Shown piece by piece: positions 9,503-17,462 of a stretch of DNA of 50,831 bases. Within the stretch, counting starts at the first letter, position 1; the number at the start of each line of letters is the position of its first letter. The notes beneath the pieces were generated by a model. The model saw nothing but the letters and a program-made list of their open reading frames with translations, was not told the origin of the DNA and made no database searches. The position numbers and the translations under genes were made by a program. Source of the DNA: Gemmatimonadales bacterium (GTDB taxonomy: Bacteria; Gemmatimonadota; Gemmatimonadetes; Gemmatimonadales; GWC2-71-9); contig JBBQQJ010000001.1 of the NCBI GenBank assembly GCA_038216165.1, positions 1-50,831 of the forward strand, written 5' to 3'.

Positions 9503-10384
9503 TTACGCGCCGATCGGCTCCGAATGTCGGGCGACACCCAGCCGCCCCTGCTTGGCCACGTACATCGCGAGGTCGGCACACTTGAGCAGCCCGACCGCGG
9601 TGGTGGCATCGTCGGGGAAGATGGCGACGCCGATGCTCGCGCCGACGGCGGCGCTGACGCCGTCAATGACCATCGGTTCGGCGATGATGCCACGGAGCAT
9701 CATCGCGAGTGCAATGGTCGAGGCATCCTCCTGCATCTCGAGCGCCAACACGAGAAATTCATCGCCCCCGCGACGTCCGACGGTATCCCCGCCACGGACC
9801 GCCCCGGCCAGTCGTGTCGCCACCTCCTGCAACACGCGGTCGCCAACATCGTGACCGTGCGCATCATTGACCTGCTTGAAGCCGTCGAGGTCGATGAATA
9901 TCACGGCGAGCCGCCACCCATGTCGTTCCGCCTGCTCGAGGTCGTGCTCGAGACGATCGCGGACCAGCGTGCTGTTGGGCAGCCCCGTGAGGGCGTCGTG
10001 GAGCGCGCGATGACGCGACGCCTCCTCGGCGGCCTGACTGGTCGAGAGGGCGGACTCGCCCTGCCGAACGCGATGCTCCAGCGAATCACGCTCGGCGACC
10101 TCACCGGCCAGGGCGTCGTTGACCACGACCAGTTCCGCAGCAGCCTCCTGTACCTTCGCCTCGGCCGCTTCGTTCTTGTCGAGTGCCTGCTGCACCTGCA
10201 CCAATGGGACGCCCTGTGCCACGTCATCCTGAAGATCCGAATTCACCTCGGACAATTCGACCGCCGCCGTCTCCACCTTTTCCTTCACCTGTTCGCTCTG
10301 GTCGAGCACCCGCTGCAACGGCGGGGCATCGGCGTCGCCCGGTTCGGGCATCGTCGTGTCGTGATCGAAACTCATGCGTGTCAT
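9503..10384 (-). CDS. Diguanylate cyclase (GGDEF domain) with N-terminal coiled-coil region
   Basis: RGGDEFLVLAL active-site motif with upstream DLDGFKQVNDAHGHDVGD. The N-terminal ~110 aa are E/Q/A-rich and look like coiled coil. No recognisable sensor domain. Confidence 0.9.
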   Translation of the reverse strand: MTRMSFDHDTTMPEPGDADAPPLQRVLDQSEQVKEKVETAAVELSEVNSDLQDDVAQGVPLVQVQQALDKNEAAEAKVQEAAAELVVVNDALAGEVAERDSLEHRVRQGESALSTSQAAEEASRHRALHDALTGLPNSTLVRDRLEHDLEQAERHGWRLAVIFIDLDGFKQVNDAHGHDVGDRVLQEVATRLAGAVRGGDTVGRRGGDEFLVLALEMQEDASTIALAMMLRGIIAEPMVIDGVSAAVGASIGVAIFPDDATTAVGLLKCADLAMYVAKQGRLGVARHSEPIGA

Positions 10385-10571
10385 CTCCAGCGTCCGTGTC
10401 CCGGCCCCGCGCGCACCCCGTGCCGCGGCGGATCCCCAAGGCTGGCAGCGCCGCTCCGTCCTCGGACCCTAAAGCTGAATCGGGACGACGTCGTGCGCCA
10501 TCGGTCGATGGGTCATCGCTCTTAGGGATGAGGGAACCGGTCGGCGCAAGCCGGACCCCGCCGTTCGCCGT

Positions 10572-11828
10572 TCACTCAATCGCCTGATACACCCCGGTCC
10601 GGAACCGATCCTGCAGCACCGACCCGTTGGCCGGCATCAACTGCACCATCAACACCGCCACCAGTTCCTTCGCGGGATCCACCCAGTAGGTCGTGTGGTA
10701 TGCCCCCCCCCAGTCCCACTGCCCCGGTTCGCCGTATCGACCGGCCCGGGCAGGGTGGTGCAATATCTCGAACCCGAGACCGAACCCCGACACGCCATCG
10801 GCGTCATAGACCGGGCCGAGATGGTCACGCGTCATGAGCACCACACTGGCCGGTGACAGGATGCGATGGCCCAGGTGCCGCCCGCCCTGGCGCAACATCT
10901 CGAGAAAGACCGCATAATCGGCTGCCGTGCTCACCAACCCTGCCCCCCCCGCGAATGCGGTGCACGGCCCATCGACATAGTCACCTTGCCCGAGCGGCCC
11001 CGCCGGCGCGCGGGTGAGCACACCATCTCGCAGGGCGTAGACCGCGGCCAACTGCGCGGCATCCGATGCCGGCACGCAGAACGACGTCCCCGTCATGCCC
11101 AGCGGCTCGGTGATCCGCGCCTGCACCACCGCCGCCAGCGATTGTCCCGTCACCTTTTCGACGAGGCAGCCGAGCACGTCGGTCGCGTAGCCGTACACGA
11201 AACGCTCCCCCGGCTGCGCCACCAGCGGCAGCTCCGCGAGGGGAGCCAGCGCCGTGCAGATGTCCGTCGCCTTGTGCGCGAAGTACCACCCCGAACCGGC
11301 CTCGCTCCCCAGCCCGCGCGCCGCGTAGGCCGCCGCGACGAACGCCTCCCGGCCGTAGGACATCCCGGCCGAGTGGGTCAGCAGGTCGCGCACCGTGATT
11401 GCGCGGCAAAGTGGCACCAGCTGCCGCCCGCCGGTGGCACTGTCGGGCACCGACACCTTCGCGTCGGCAAACCCCGGCAACCAGCGCGTGATCCGATCGG
11501 AGAGCGCCATCCTCCCCTCCTCGATCAATGTCATGATGACCACGCTGGTGATCGCCTTCGTCTGCGAGGCGATGCGGAAACGGGTATCCATCGTCATCGC
11601 GCGCCCGGCCTCGCGATCCGCCATCCCGGTGGCATGCTCGTACACTACCCGACCGTGCTGCAGCACCACGGCGACGATCCCTGCCGCGCGCCCCTCGGCC
11701 ACGGTCCCCTCGAGCGTCGCGGTGAGGCGGGCGGCGGCCTCCGCATGCAGGGGAGCGCGGGCAGTGGGGAGCTGCGCAGCGAGTGGGGTGGTCACACACA
11801 GGACAAGACCGAGCAACGGAGGCCGCAT
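10572..11828 (-). CDS. Serine hydrolase, beta-lactamase/transpeptidase-like family
   Basis: Real start is MRPPLLGLVLCVTTPLAAQ at 11828. The rest of the 858-aa track ORF is R/G-rich shadow. SxxK motif in RIASQTKAITSVV. Confidence 0.85.
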   Translation of the reverse strand: MRPPLLGLVLCVTTPLAAQLPTARAPLHAEAAARLTATLEGTVAEGRAAGIVAVVLQHGRVVYEHATGMADREAGRAMTMDTRFRIASQTKAITSVVIMTLIEEGRMALSDRITRWLPGFADAKVSVPDSATGGRQLVPLCRAITVRDLLTHSAGMSYGREAFVAAAYAARGLGSEAGSGWYFAHKATDICTALAPLAELPLVAQPGERFVYGYATDVLGCLVEKVTGQSLAAVVQARITEPLGMTGTSFCVPASDAAQLAAVYALRDGVLTRAPAGPLGQGDYVDGPCTAFAGGAGLVSTAADYAVFLEMLRQGGRHLGHRILSPASVVLMTRDHLGPVYDADGVSGFGLGFEILHHPARAGRYGEPGQWDWGGAYHTTYWVDPAKELVAVLMVQLMPANGSVLQDRFRTGVYQAIE

Positions 11829-11933
11829 GGAGGGATCCTCTGGAATGGGGAGATTCCGTAATCTACGCCTTCGGGCACCAATGGGTGAGAGGCCGCCCTT
11901 TCGGGATCTGCACGCCTCGCCCACGTTTCGGGG

Positions 11934-13085
11934 ATGATCTCTCGCCTGCCGCGATGGATCGGAATCGGAGGCGCCCTCCTCGGCTTCGTTGCCGGGTGGG
12001 TCAATGCTGTGGGCCTCCTCGACTTCCGCCATCAGGCCGTATCCTATGTGACGGGCAGCGTCGCCGAAGTGGGCGTGGCACTTGCCAGTGCCGACATCGG
12101 CATGGCGCTGCACCTTGCGCTGATCGTCCTCGCCTTCATCGTTGGCGCCACCGGCAGCGGTCTCGTGGTGCGCGACGCCTCGATCGGCCGTGGCCGCAAC
12201 TATGCCGCGGCCCTCGGCCTCGAGTCGGTCCTCGTTGTCGCCGCCATTCCGCTCCTCACCCGCGAGATCGCGGCGGGGCAATACCTGCTGAGCGCGGCGT
12301 GCGGCCTGCAGAACGCCCTCGCCTCCACCTTCAGCGGCGCCGTGGTCCGCACCACCCACCTCACCGGCATCGCCACCGATCTCGGGGTTCTCCTGGGCCA
12401 CCGGCTGCGCGGGCTGCGCGTCGATGCCCGCCACGTGCGCCTGTTTGGCGCGATCCTCGCCGGCTTCACCACCGGTGCCGTCGCAGGCGCGCTCGCCTTC
12501 GCCCAGCTCGGCCCGCTGGCCCTCGTGGTCCCCGGGCTGCTCACCGCGGGGGCTGCGGTGGCCTCCACCCGGCTCCGTGCACCCAGCCGCGGTGATGGGC
12601 CGCTCGCGGTCACCCTGCATCACGCCACCAAGGGTGACCTCCCGGCCCTCTCCGACCTCTATGCCCGTGCCGTCGACCAACTTGCGGATGCCCACTACGA
12701 CGCCGCCGCCCGCGAGGCATGGGCCGGCTTTGCCAAACAAGAGGCCTTCGCCGCCTTCGTGCTCGAGGCCGAGACCCTGGTGGCCCGCACCGATGGGCTG
12801 GCCGTCGGCTTCGCGGGCCTGACGCCCCGCGGGCATATCGCCTCGCTCTACGTGGCCCCCGAAGCCGCCGGCCGCGGCGTGGCACGCACCCTCGTGGAGG
12901 CACTCCTCGTGCGCGCACGCGAGCTCGGGCACGCGGTCGTCAGCACCGACGCCAGCGCCGTCTCCCGACCCATCTTCGAGCGCCTCGGCTTCGCCGTGGT
13001 CACCGAGGAGCGCGTACCCCGCCACGGCGCCATCTTTCTCCGGTACCAGATGCAGCGCTCCCTCCCTCCCCAACCGATCGCGTGA
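11934..13085 (+). CDS. YoaK/DUF1275 membrane domain fused to GNAT N-acetyltransferase
   Basis: The N-terminal ~230 aa have DUF1275-type motifs ([33 protein letters not shown]). The C-terminal ~150 aa are GNAT-like ([25 protein letters not shown]). Confidence 0.8.
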   Translation: MISRLPRWIGIGGALLGFVAGWVNAVGLLDFRHQAVSYVTGSVAEVGVALASADIGMALHLALIVLAFIVGATGSGLVVRDASIGRGRNYAAALGLESVLVVAAIPLLTREIAAGQYLLSAACGLQNALASTFSGAVVRTTHLTGIATDLGVLLGHRLRGLRVDARHVRLFGAILAGFTTGAVAGALAFAQLGPLALVVPGLLTAGAAVASTRLRAPSRGDGPLAVTLHHATKGDLPALSDLYARAVDQLADAHYDAAAREAWAGFAKQEAFAAFVLEAETLVARTDGLAVGFAGLTPRGHIASLYVAPEAAGRGVARTLVEALLVRARELGHAVVSTDASAVSRPIFERLGFAVVTEERVPRHGAIFLRYQMQRSLPPQPIA

Positions 13086-13089
13086 CGCC

Positions 13090-13509
13090 ATGACGATGCC
13101 ACCGTTCCATCTCGCCTTCCCCGTCGATGACCTCGATGCTGCGCGCAACTTCTACGGCGGGCTCCTCGGCTGCGCCGAGGGACGCAGCAGCGACCAGTGG
13201 ATTGACTTCGACTTCTTCGGCCATCAGGTGGTCGCCCATCTCGCGCCCGATGAGTGCAGCCCCACCAGCACCAGTGCAGTCGATGGCCACGCCGTCCCGG
13301 TGCGGCACTTCGGCGTGGTGCTCGACTGGGACGTCTGGCAGGGGATGGCCGAGCGCCTCGCCGGGGCGGGGATCCACTTCATCATCGAACCCGGCATCCG
13401 CTTTCAGGGCCAGGTGGGTGAACAAGCCACGATGTTCTTCCTCGACCCGGCCGGCAATGCGCTCGAATTCAAGGCGTTCCGGGACAAGACGCAGTTGTTT
13501 GCGAAGTGA
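13090..13509 (+). CDS. VOC (glyoxalase/bleomycin-resistance/dioxygenase) family protein
   Basis: [28 protein letters not shown]... is a typical VOC N-terminus. 139 aa. The start lies 4 nt after the upstream stop. Confidence 0.85.
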   Translation: MTMPPFHLAFPVDDLDAARNFYGGLLGCAEGRSSDQWIDFDFFGHQVVAHLAPDECSPTSTSAVDGHAVPVRHFGVVLDWDVWQGMAERLAGAGIHFIIEPGIRFQGQVGEQATMFFLDPAGNALEFKAFRDKTQLFAK

Positions 13510-13540
13510 GGGGTGAGGGGTGGGGGGTTAAAGGTGAAAC
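13506..13540 (+). repeat. Heptanucleotide array GTGAGGG GTGAGGG GTGGGGG GTTAAAG GTGAAAC
   Basis: Five consecutive 7-nt units begin with GT. The first unit contains the VOC stop codon TGA (13507-13509). G-tracts at 13510-13527. Confidence 0.8.
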
Positions 13541-13664
13541 GGGAACAGCCACAGCGCGCGGGGGGACCCTCTCGCAGCGGCCCTTGGCTGGCCACGTGCC
13601 CGGCGCGGGATCACGTCCCCGCACGGCCAGACGGAGGCCGCGGAGCGAGGTGGTCTCCCGGCGG
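13541..13664 (+). repeat. Long-hairpin repeat element, diverged copy (same family as 15149-15425)
   Basis: Shares GGGAAC...GACCCTCTCGCAGCGGCCCTTGGCTGGCCAC (31 nt identical) with the downstream copies. Also shares the right arm GGCCAG.CG.AGGCCGCGGAG.GAG..GGTC..CCGG.GG. The central part differs. Confidence 0.75.
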
Positions 13665-13804
13665 CGGCAGGGATGGGCAACGATCCATCGCCGAGCCGAG
13701 AGATCCAGGGCCATCCTGTGCGAGGAGTCAGCCTCCGTGGCGCCGGACAACCCCAGAGCTCTCGCTGCGCTCGAGATGACTTCCAGCCACACACGAGGCA
13801 CACC

Positions 13805-15094
13805 ATGACCAGCCGACTTGCCGTTGCTGCATTGCTCCCGCTCCTGGCCTGTGCCCCATCGGCACCCCCGGCCACCACCCCGGCCGGCGCCGCGACCCTC
13901 ACCCTCGCCGAGGGACTCCGCATCGCCGATCAGTATCGCGTGGCGGCCATCACCGAACGGCGCACCACGCACGCGGAGTACTGGCAGGCCATCGCCCCCT
14001 CGCTCGCCTCACCGCGGCTCCGGGTCGAGGAGGTCGGTCGGTCGACTCAAGGGCGCGCGCTCCGTAGCATCACCTTCGGGAACGGCCCCATCACCGTCCT
14101 CCTCTGGAGCCAGATGCACGGCGACGAGCCCACCGCCACGATGGCGCTCGCCGACATCTTCGCGTGGATGGCCGCGCCGGGTAGCGACCCGCTTCGCGAT
14201 CGCCTCATGCAGGAACTCACCGTCGTCATCCTCCCGATGCTCAACCCCGACGGGGCACAGCGCTATCAGCGCCAGAACGCTGGTGGTATCGACATCAATC
14301 GCGACGCACGCAACCTCAGCACGCCCGAGGGCCGCACGCTCAAGGCGCTGCGTGATCGGTTGCAGCCGCAGTTCGGGTTCAACCTGCATGACCAGAGCGC
14401 GCGCACGCGCGTCGGCCGCAACGGCCCGCAGGCCGCCATCGCCCTCCTGGCACCTGCGGCCGATGCCGAGCGCAGCTGGGGCCCGGTGCGGAGCAGGGCG
14501 CGCCAGGTCGCGGCGGGTATCGCCCGCACCCTCGCGCCGGAACTCCCTGGGCGCATTGCCCAGTATGACGACGGCTTCAACCCACGCGCCTTCGGCGACC
14601 TCATGCAGACCTGGGGCACCAGCACCGTCCTCATCGAAAGCGGTGCGCTCCCGAACGACCCCGAGAAGCAGCAGCTTCGCCGCCTCCACGTTCCCGCCAT
14701 CCTGGGTGCGCTCGACGCCATCGCCAGCGGCGCCTATGCCGCGGCCAATATCACGGATTACGATCGCCTCCCCTTCAACACCGGCGGCGCCGTGGACCTC
14801 CTCGTTCGAGGTGGTCAGATTGTCCTCCCCGGTTCGCCGCCGTATCGCGCCGACGTCGCCATCAACTTCGACGACGCCGTCGCCCGCACCGGCGGACGCA
14901 TTGAAGAGATCGGCGACCTCAGCGCGGTCGTCGCGATTGATACACTCGATGCCACCGGCCGCTACCTGCACCCGGGCACCGAAGCACTGGCCCGCGACGG
15001 CGTGCGACTCTGGCTCCCGATCGACAACCCGGCGGTGTTCGACCTGCGGGAGACCGCGGCCGCAAGTGGACCAGTGGTCCGCAGGATTCGGTGA
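13805..15094 (+). CDS. M14 family zinc carboxypeptidase (secreted)
   Basis: Preferred start is MTSRLAVAALLPLLACAP (signal/lipobox) at 13805. LWSQMHGDEPTAT is the HxxE zinc motif. Overall M14-like. Confidence 0.85.
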   Translation: MTSRLAVAALLPLLACAPSAPPATTPAGAATLTLAEGLRIADQYRVAAITERRTTHAEYWQAIAPSLASPRLRVEEVGRSTQGRALRSITFGNGPITVLLWSQMHGDEPTATMALADIFAWMAAPGSDPLRDRLMQELTVVILPMLNPDGAQRYQRQNAGGIDINRDARNLSTPEGRTLKALRDRLQPQFGFNLHDQSARTRVGRNGPQAAIALLAPAADAERSWGPVRSRARQVAAGIARTLAPELPGRIAQYDDGFNPRAFGDLMQTWGTSTVLIESGALPNDPEKQQLRRLHVPAILGALDAIASGAYAAANITDYDRLPFNTGGAVDLLVRGGQIVLPGSPPYRADVAINFDDAVARTGGRIEEIGDLSAVVAIDTLDATGRYLHPGTEALARDGVRLWLPIDNPAVFDLRETAAASGPVVRRIR

Positions 15095-15148
15095 TGGACG
15101 GGTGAGGGGTGACGGGGTGAGGGTGAGGGGTTGAGGCGTGGGTGGAGA
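15095..15148 (+). repeat. G-rich approximately 7-nt periodic array (GGTGAGG/GGTGACG type), G-quadruplex-capable
   Basis: It starts immediately after the M14 stop (TGA 15092-94). Sequence: GGGTGAGGGGTGACGGGGTGAGGGTGAGGGGTTGAGG. Five G3-4 tracts separated by 3-4 nt lie at 15100-15130. Confidence 0.8.
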
Positions 15149-15425
15149 AAGGGGAACCACCGCACCCGCCGGGTGACCCTCTCGCAGCGGCCCTTGGCTG
15201 GCCACTGGCCCGTCTTGCGATCGCTCCCTCGCGCGGCCAGGCGCAGGCCGCGGAGAGAGTCGGTCAGCCGGTGGGGGGGGAGCGAGACGTGAGACGTGGT
15301 AGGGGAACCAGCGCACCCGCCGGGTGACCCGCTCGCAGCGGCCCTTGGCTGGCCACTGGCCCGTCTTGCGATCGCTCCCTCGCGCGGCCAGGCGCAGGCC
15401 GCGGAGAGAGTCGGTCAGCCGGTGG
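15149..15425 (+). repeat. Tandem pair of ~125-nt long-hairpin repeat elements (period 152 bp)
   Basis: Copy 1 (15149-15274) and copy 2 (15301-15425) differ at 2 positions by eye. The 26-nt spacer includes G8 and the heptads GCGAGAC GTGAGAC GTGGTAG. Each copy is an imperfect palindrome centred on GCGATCGC, with pairing blocks CCGG.TGACC, CTCTC, GCGGCC and CTGGCC. Confidence 0.85.
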
Positions 15426-15434
15426 ACATCCCGC

Positions 15435-16091
15435 TCACACCCCGGGCATGAACCGACACCCCGCATCCTGCGCCCGGATCGCCGCGAAGAACCCCGACGG
15501 CTGCAGAATCACCCCCGGGATCAGGTTCGCCATCGCCGCCGCACGCGCATCGGCCGCCGGCACCTTCCCGCCATCGCGATAGCGAGCCACCGCGAAACGG
15601 AACGCCAGGTCACACGCCAGCACGATCCCCCCCCCGGCAATGAACCCCTCCATCGTCATCATCGCACGCGCCGGTGATGTCCCCTCGGGGACCGCACGCA
15701 TCGGATTCACCACAAACCACTTCTTCGTCCGGGGATTCTTCCACTTGGCCTCCTTGGCCACCGGAAAGCGCGCCCAGTGCGCATCGTGCATTGCCAGATC
15801 GATCGCGTTGTGGCGGATCACCAGCACCGTCGAACAGGTCGTCGCCTCGCCGTAGACACTCCGCACCTGCCCCGACCACATCCCGGCACGGAAGATCCCG
15901 ACACCCTCCTCCACCTCGGGCACGTCGAACACCGCGCGGAACTGCCCCGTCACCCGGTCCACCCAGGACATGTCCACGTCAGCCGCAACCGGCGACGGCA
16001 GCGGCGTGGCGGCGTGGGCATTGCCGGGCAGCGCCGGCAGCAGGGCACCGGCGCCGAGGGCGCCAACAAAATGACGACGAGAGGAAATCAT
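15435..16091 (-). CDS. Tat-signal exported protein of unknown function
   Basis: Preferred start is MISSRRHFVGALGAGALLPALPGNAHA, a twin-arginine signal at 16091. Last gene of the amidohydrolase string. Confidence 0.65.
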   Translation of the reverse strand: MISSRRHFVGALGAGALLPALPGNAHAATPLPSPVAADVDMSWVDRVTGQFRAVFDVPEVEEGVGIFRAGMWSGQVRSVYGEATTCSTVLVIRHNAIDLAMHDAHWARFPVAKEAKWKNPRTKKWFVVNPMRAVPEGTSPARAMMTMEGFIAGGGIVLACDLAFRFAVARYRDGGKVPAADARAAAMANLIPGVILQPSGFFAAIRAQDAGCRFMPGV

Positions 16092-16127
16092 GCGCGGCGC
16101 TCCAAGAAAGGACGGTGATCCCAATAG

Positions 16128-17462
16128 CTACGGGCGTGAAATGAACATCTCATACAGCTGCTCGTGCTTGCTGCCAAGCGGCACTTCGCGCCCATCGATG
16201 AACAGGTGCTTGGTCAGCGTTGTCGCCTCGAGCAGGTCGCCGGTGGTCACCACCAGATTCGCGATCTTCCCCGGCTCCAGCGAGCCCAGTCGGTCGGCCA
16301 CGCCAAACATCTCGGCCGGGGCCAGCGTCACAGACCGCAGCGCATCCGCCGGCGACAGCCCGAACGCCGAGGCCATCCCGGCCACGTAGGGCAGGTTGCG
16401 GCTCTCCGCGCCCTCGTCGCCCGACGTGATCGCGAAGCGCACGCCGGCGGCAGCCAGCTTGGCCGGCGCAGTGAAGTTCGCGTCGTACGGATCGTCCTCG
16501 CGGCCGGGGAGCGACATCACGCCGGTGAGGACCACCGGGATATCCTTCGCCTTCAACTCGTCGACCATCATCCAGGCGTCGCGACCGCCCATGATGATCG
16601 GGCGGAGCCCCGCTTCCTCCGCGAACGTCATCGCCGCGCGGATATCGGTCACCCGATCGGCGGCGAAGATCACCGGCATGCTGCCGTTGAGCATCGGGAG
16701 CAGCGCGGCGAGCTGCAGATCATGGCGTGGCCGCGGCAACGCGGCGTCCTTCGCGTAGGCGGCGTGCGCCTTTTCGTAGGCCTTGGCGTCCGCAAAAAAG
16801 GCCTTGAGCGAATCGAGCTGTGCCTCGCGCGCGCGATCGGCGTCCTGCGTGCTCCCGGCCGGGCGTGCGCCGAAGCGCCCGCCCCCGAAACCCGAACGCG
16901 GCAGCGTCATCATCATCGCCACATTCGGCACCACCGCCATCTGGGGGGGGGTGTCACCTGCGAGGTGGATCAACGTCGCCTGGCCGCTGATCACCCCGCT
17001 CCGCGGACTCGACACCACGTGGGTGATCCCCACGACACGGGTCACGCCCACATGCGCGCTGTGTGGATTGATCCCGTTGAGCGCCTGCGCATTCGGGTTG
17101 ATGTTGCCCACCTCGGAGGCGTCCATCGTTGCGGTCGCCCCCTGCGGGATCTCCGCCAGGCCCATCGTGGTGCCGGCATCCATCATCCCCGGCCAGACAT
17201 GGAGGCCGGTGCCGTCGATCACGCGGGCGCCGGCCGGCACGGTCGCGTCAGCACCCACGGCGACGATCTTCCCATCGCTGATCACCACGGTCCCGCGCGG
17301 CAGCACCGGCCCGCTCACCGGGTGGACCATCGCGCCCCGGATGGCGACCGTCTCGCGCGGGCCGGACCGCGGGTTGTAAGAGCCGAGCTGCGCGGCGAGG
17401 GGCGCGGTACCGAGCACCAGCGCGGTCGCGACGACGGGGAACCACTGCGGACGGGCGCTCAT
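16128..17462 (-). CDS. Amidohydrolase-family protein, HxH motif absent
   Basis: Signal peptide plus amidohydrolase-like fold. At the position of the metal-binding D-x-H-x-H it reads PGMMDAGTTMG. Joined to the upstream gene by an ATGA overlap (17459-17462). Confidence 0.8.
   Translation of the reverse strand: MSARPQWFPVVATALVLGTAPLAAQLGSYNPRSGPRETVAIRGAMVHPVSGPVLPRGTVVISDGKIVAVGADATVPAGARVIDGTGLHVWPGMMDAGTTMGLAEIPQGATATMDASEVGNINPNAQALNGINPHSAHVGVTRVVGITHVVSSPRSGVISGQATLIHLAGDTPPQMAVVPNVAMMMTLPRSGFGGGRFGARPAGSTQDADRAREAQLDSLKAFFADAKAYEKAHAAYAKDAALPRPRHDLQLAALLPMLNGSMPVIFAADRVTDIRAAMTFAEEAGLRPIIMGGRDAWMMVDELKAKDIPVVLTGVMSLPGREDDPYDANFTAPAKLAAAGVRFAITSGDEGAESRNLPYVAGMASAFGLSPADALRSVTLAPAEMFGVADRLGSLEPGKIANLVVTTGDLLEATTLTKHLFIDGREVPLGSKHEQLYEMFISRP

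Noticed and set aside
11829-13148. N-terminal 440 aa of the 858-aa minus-strand ORF 10572..13148
   Set aside because: It is antisense to the YoaK-GNAT gene and is G/E/A/R-rich. A clean signal-peptide start (MRPPLL...AAQ) at 11828 begins the recognisable serine-hydrolase domain.
15274-15281. Many G8-G12 / C8-C12 homopolymer runs, as candidate phase-variation tracts or sequencing errors. Examples are near 10705, 15625, 16937, 22951, 23927, 34730, 36023, 36687, 44180, 45531 and 50295.
   Set aside because: About 20 runs of 8 or more is close to what base composition alone predicts for about 70% GC (rough estimate about 15). Every run inside a gene keeps the frame intact. I see no evidence for contingency function, although they are places where assembly indels should be checked.
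15149-15425. Possible CRISPR array
   Set aside because: There are only two ~125-nt copies, separated by a 26-nt spacer. Each unit is a long palindrome rather than a 25-40-nt repeat. There are no cas genes in the window.
14009-15466. 485-aa minus-strand ORF crossing the repeat region and the M14 gene
   Set aside because: It is antisense to the M14 gene. It reads through the tandem hairpin elements, giving duplicated nonsense peptides (GQWPAKGRCERV...). No motifs.
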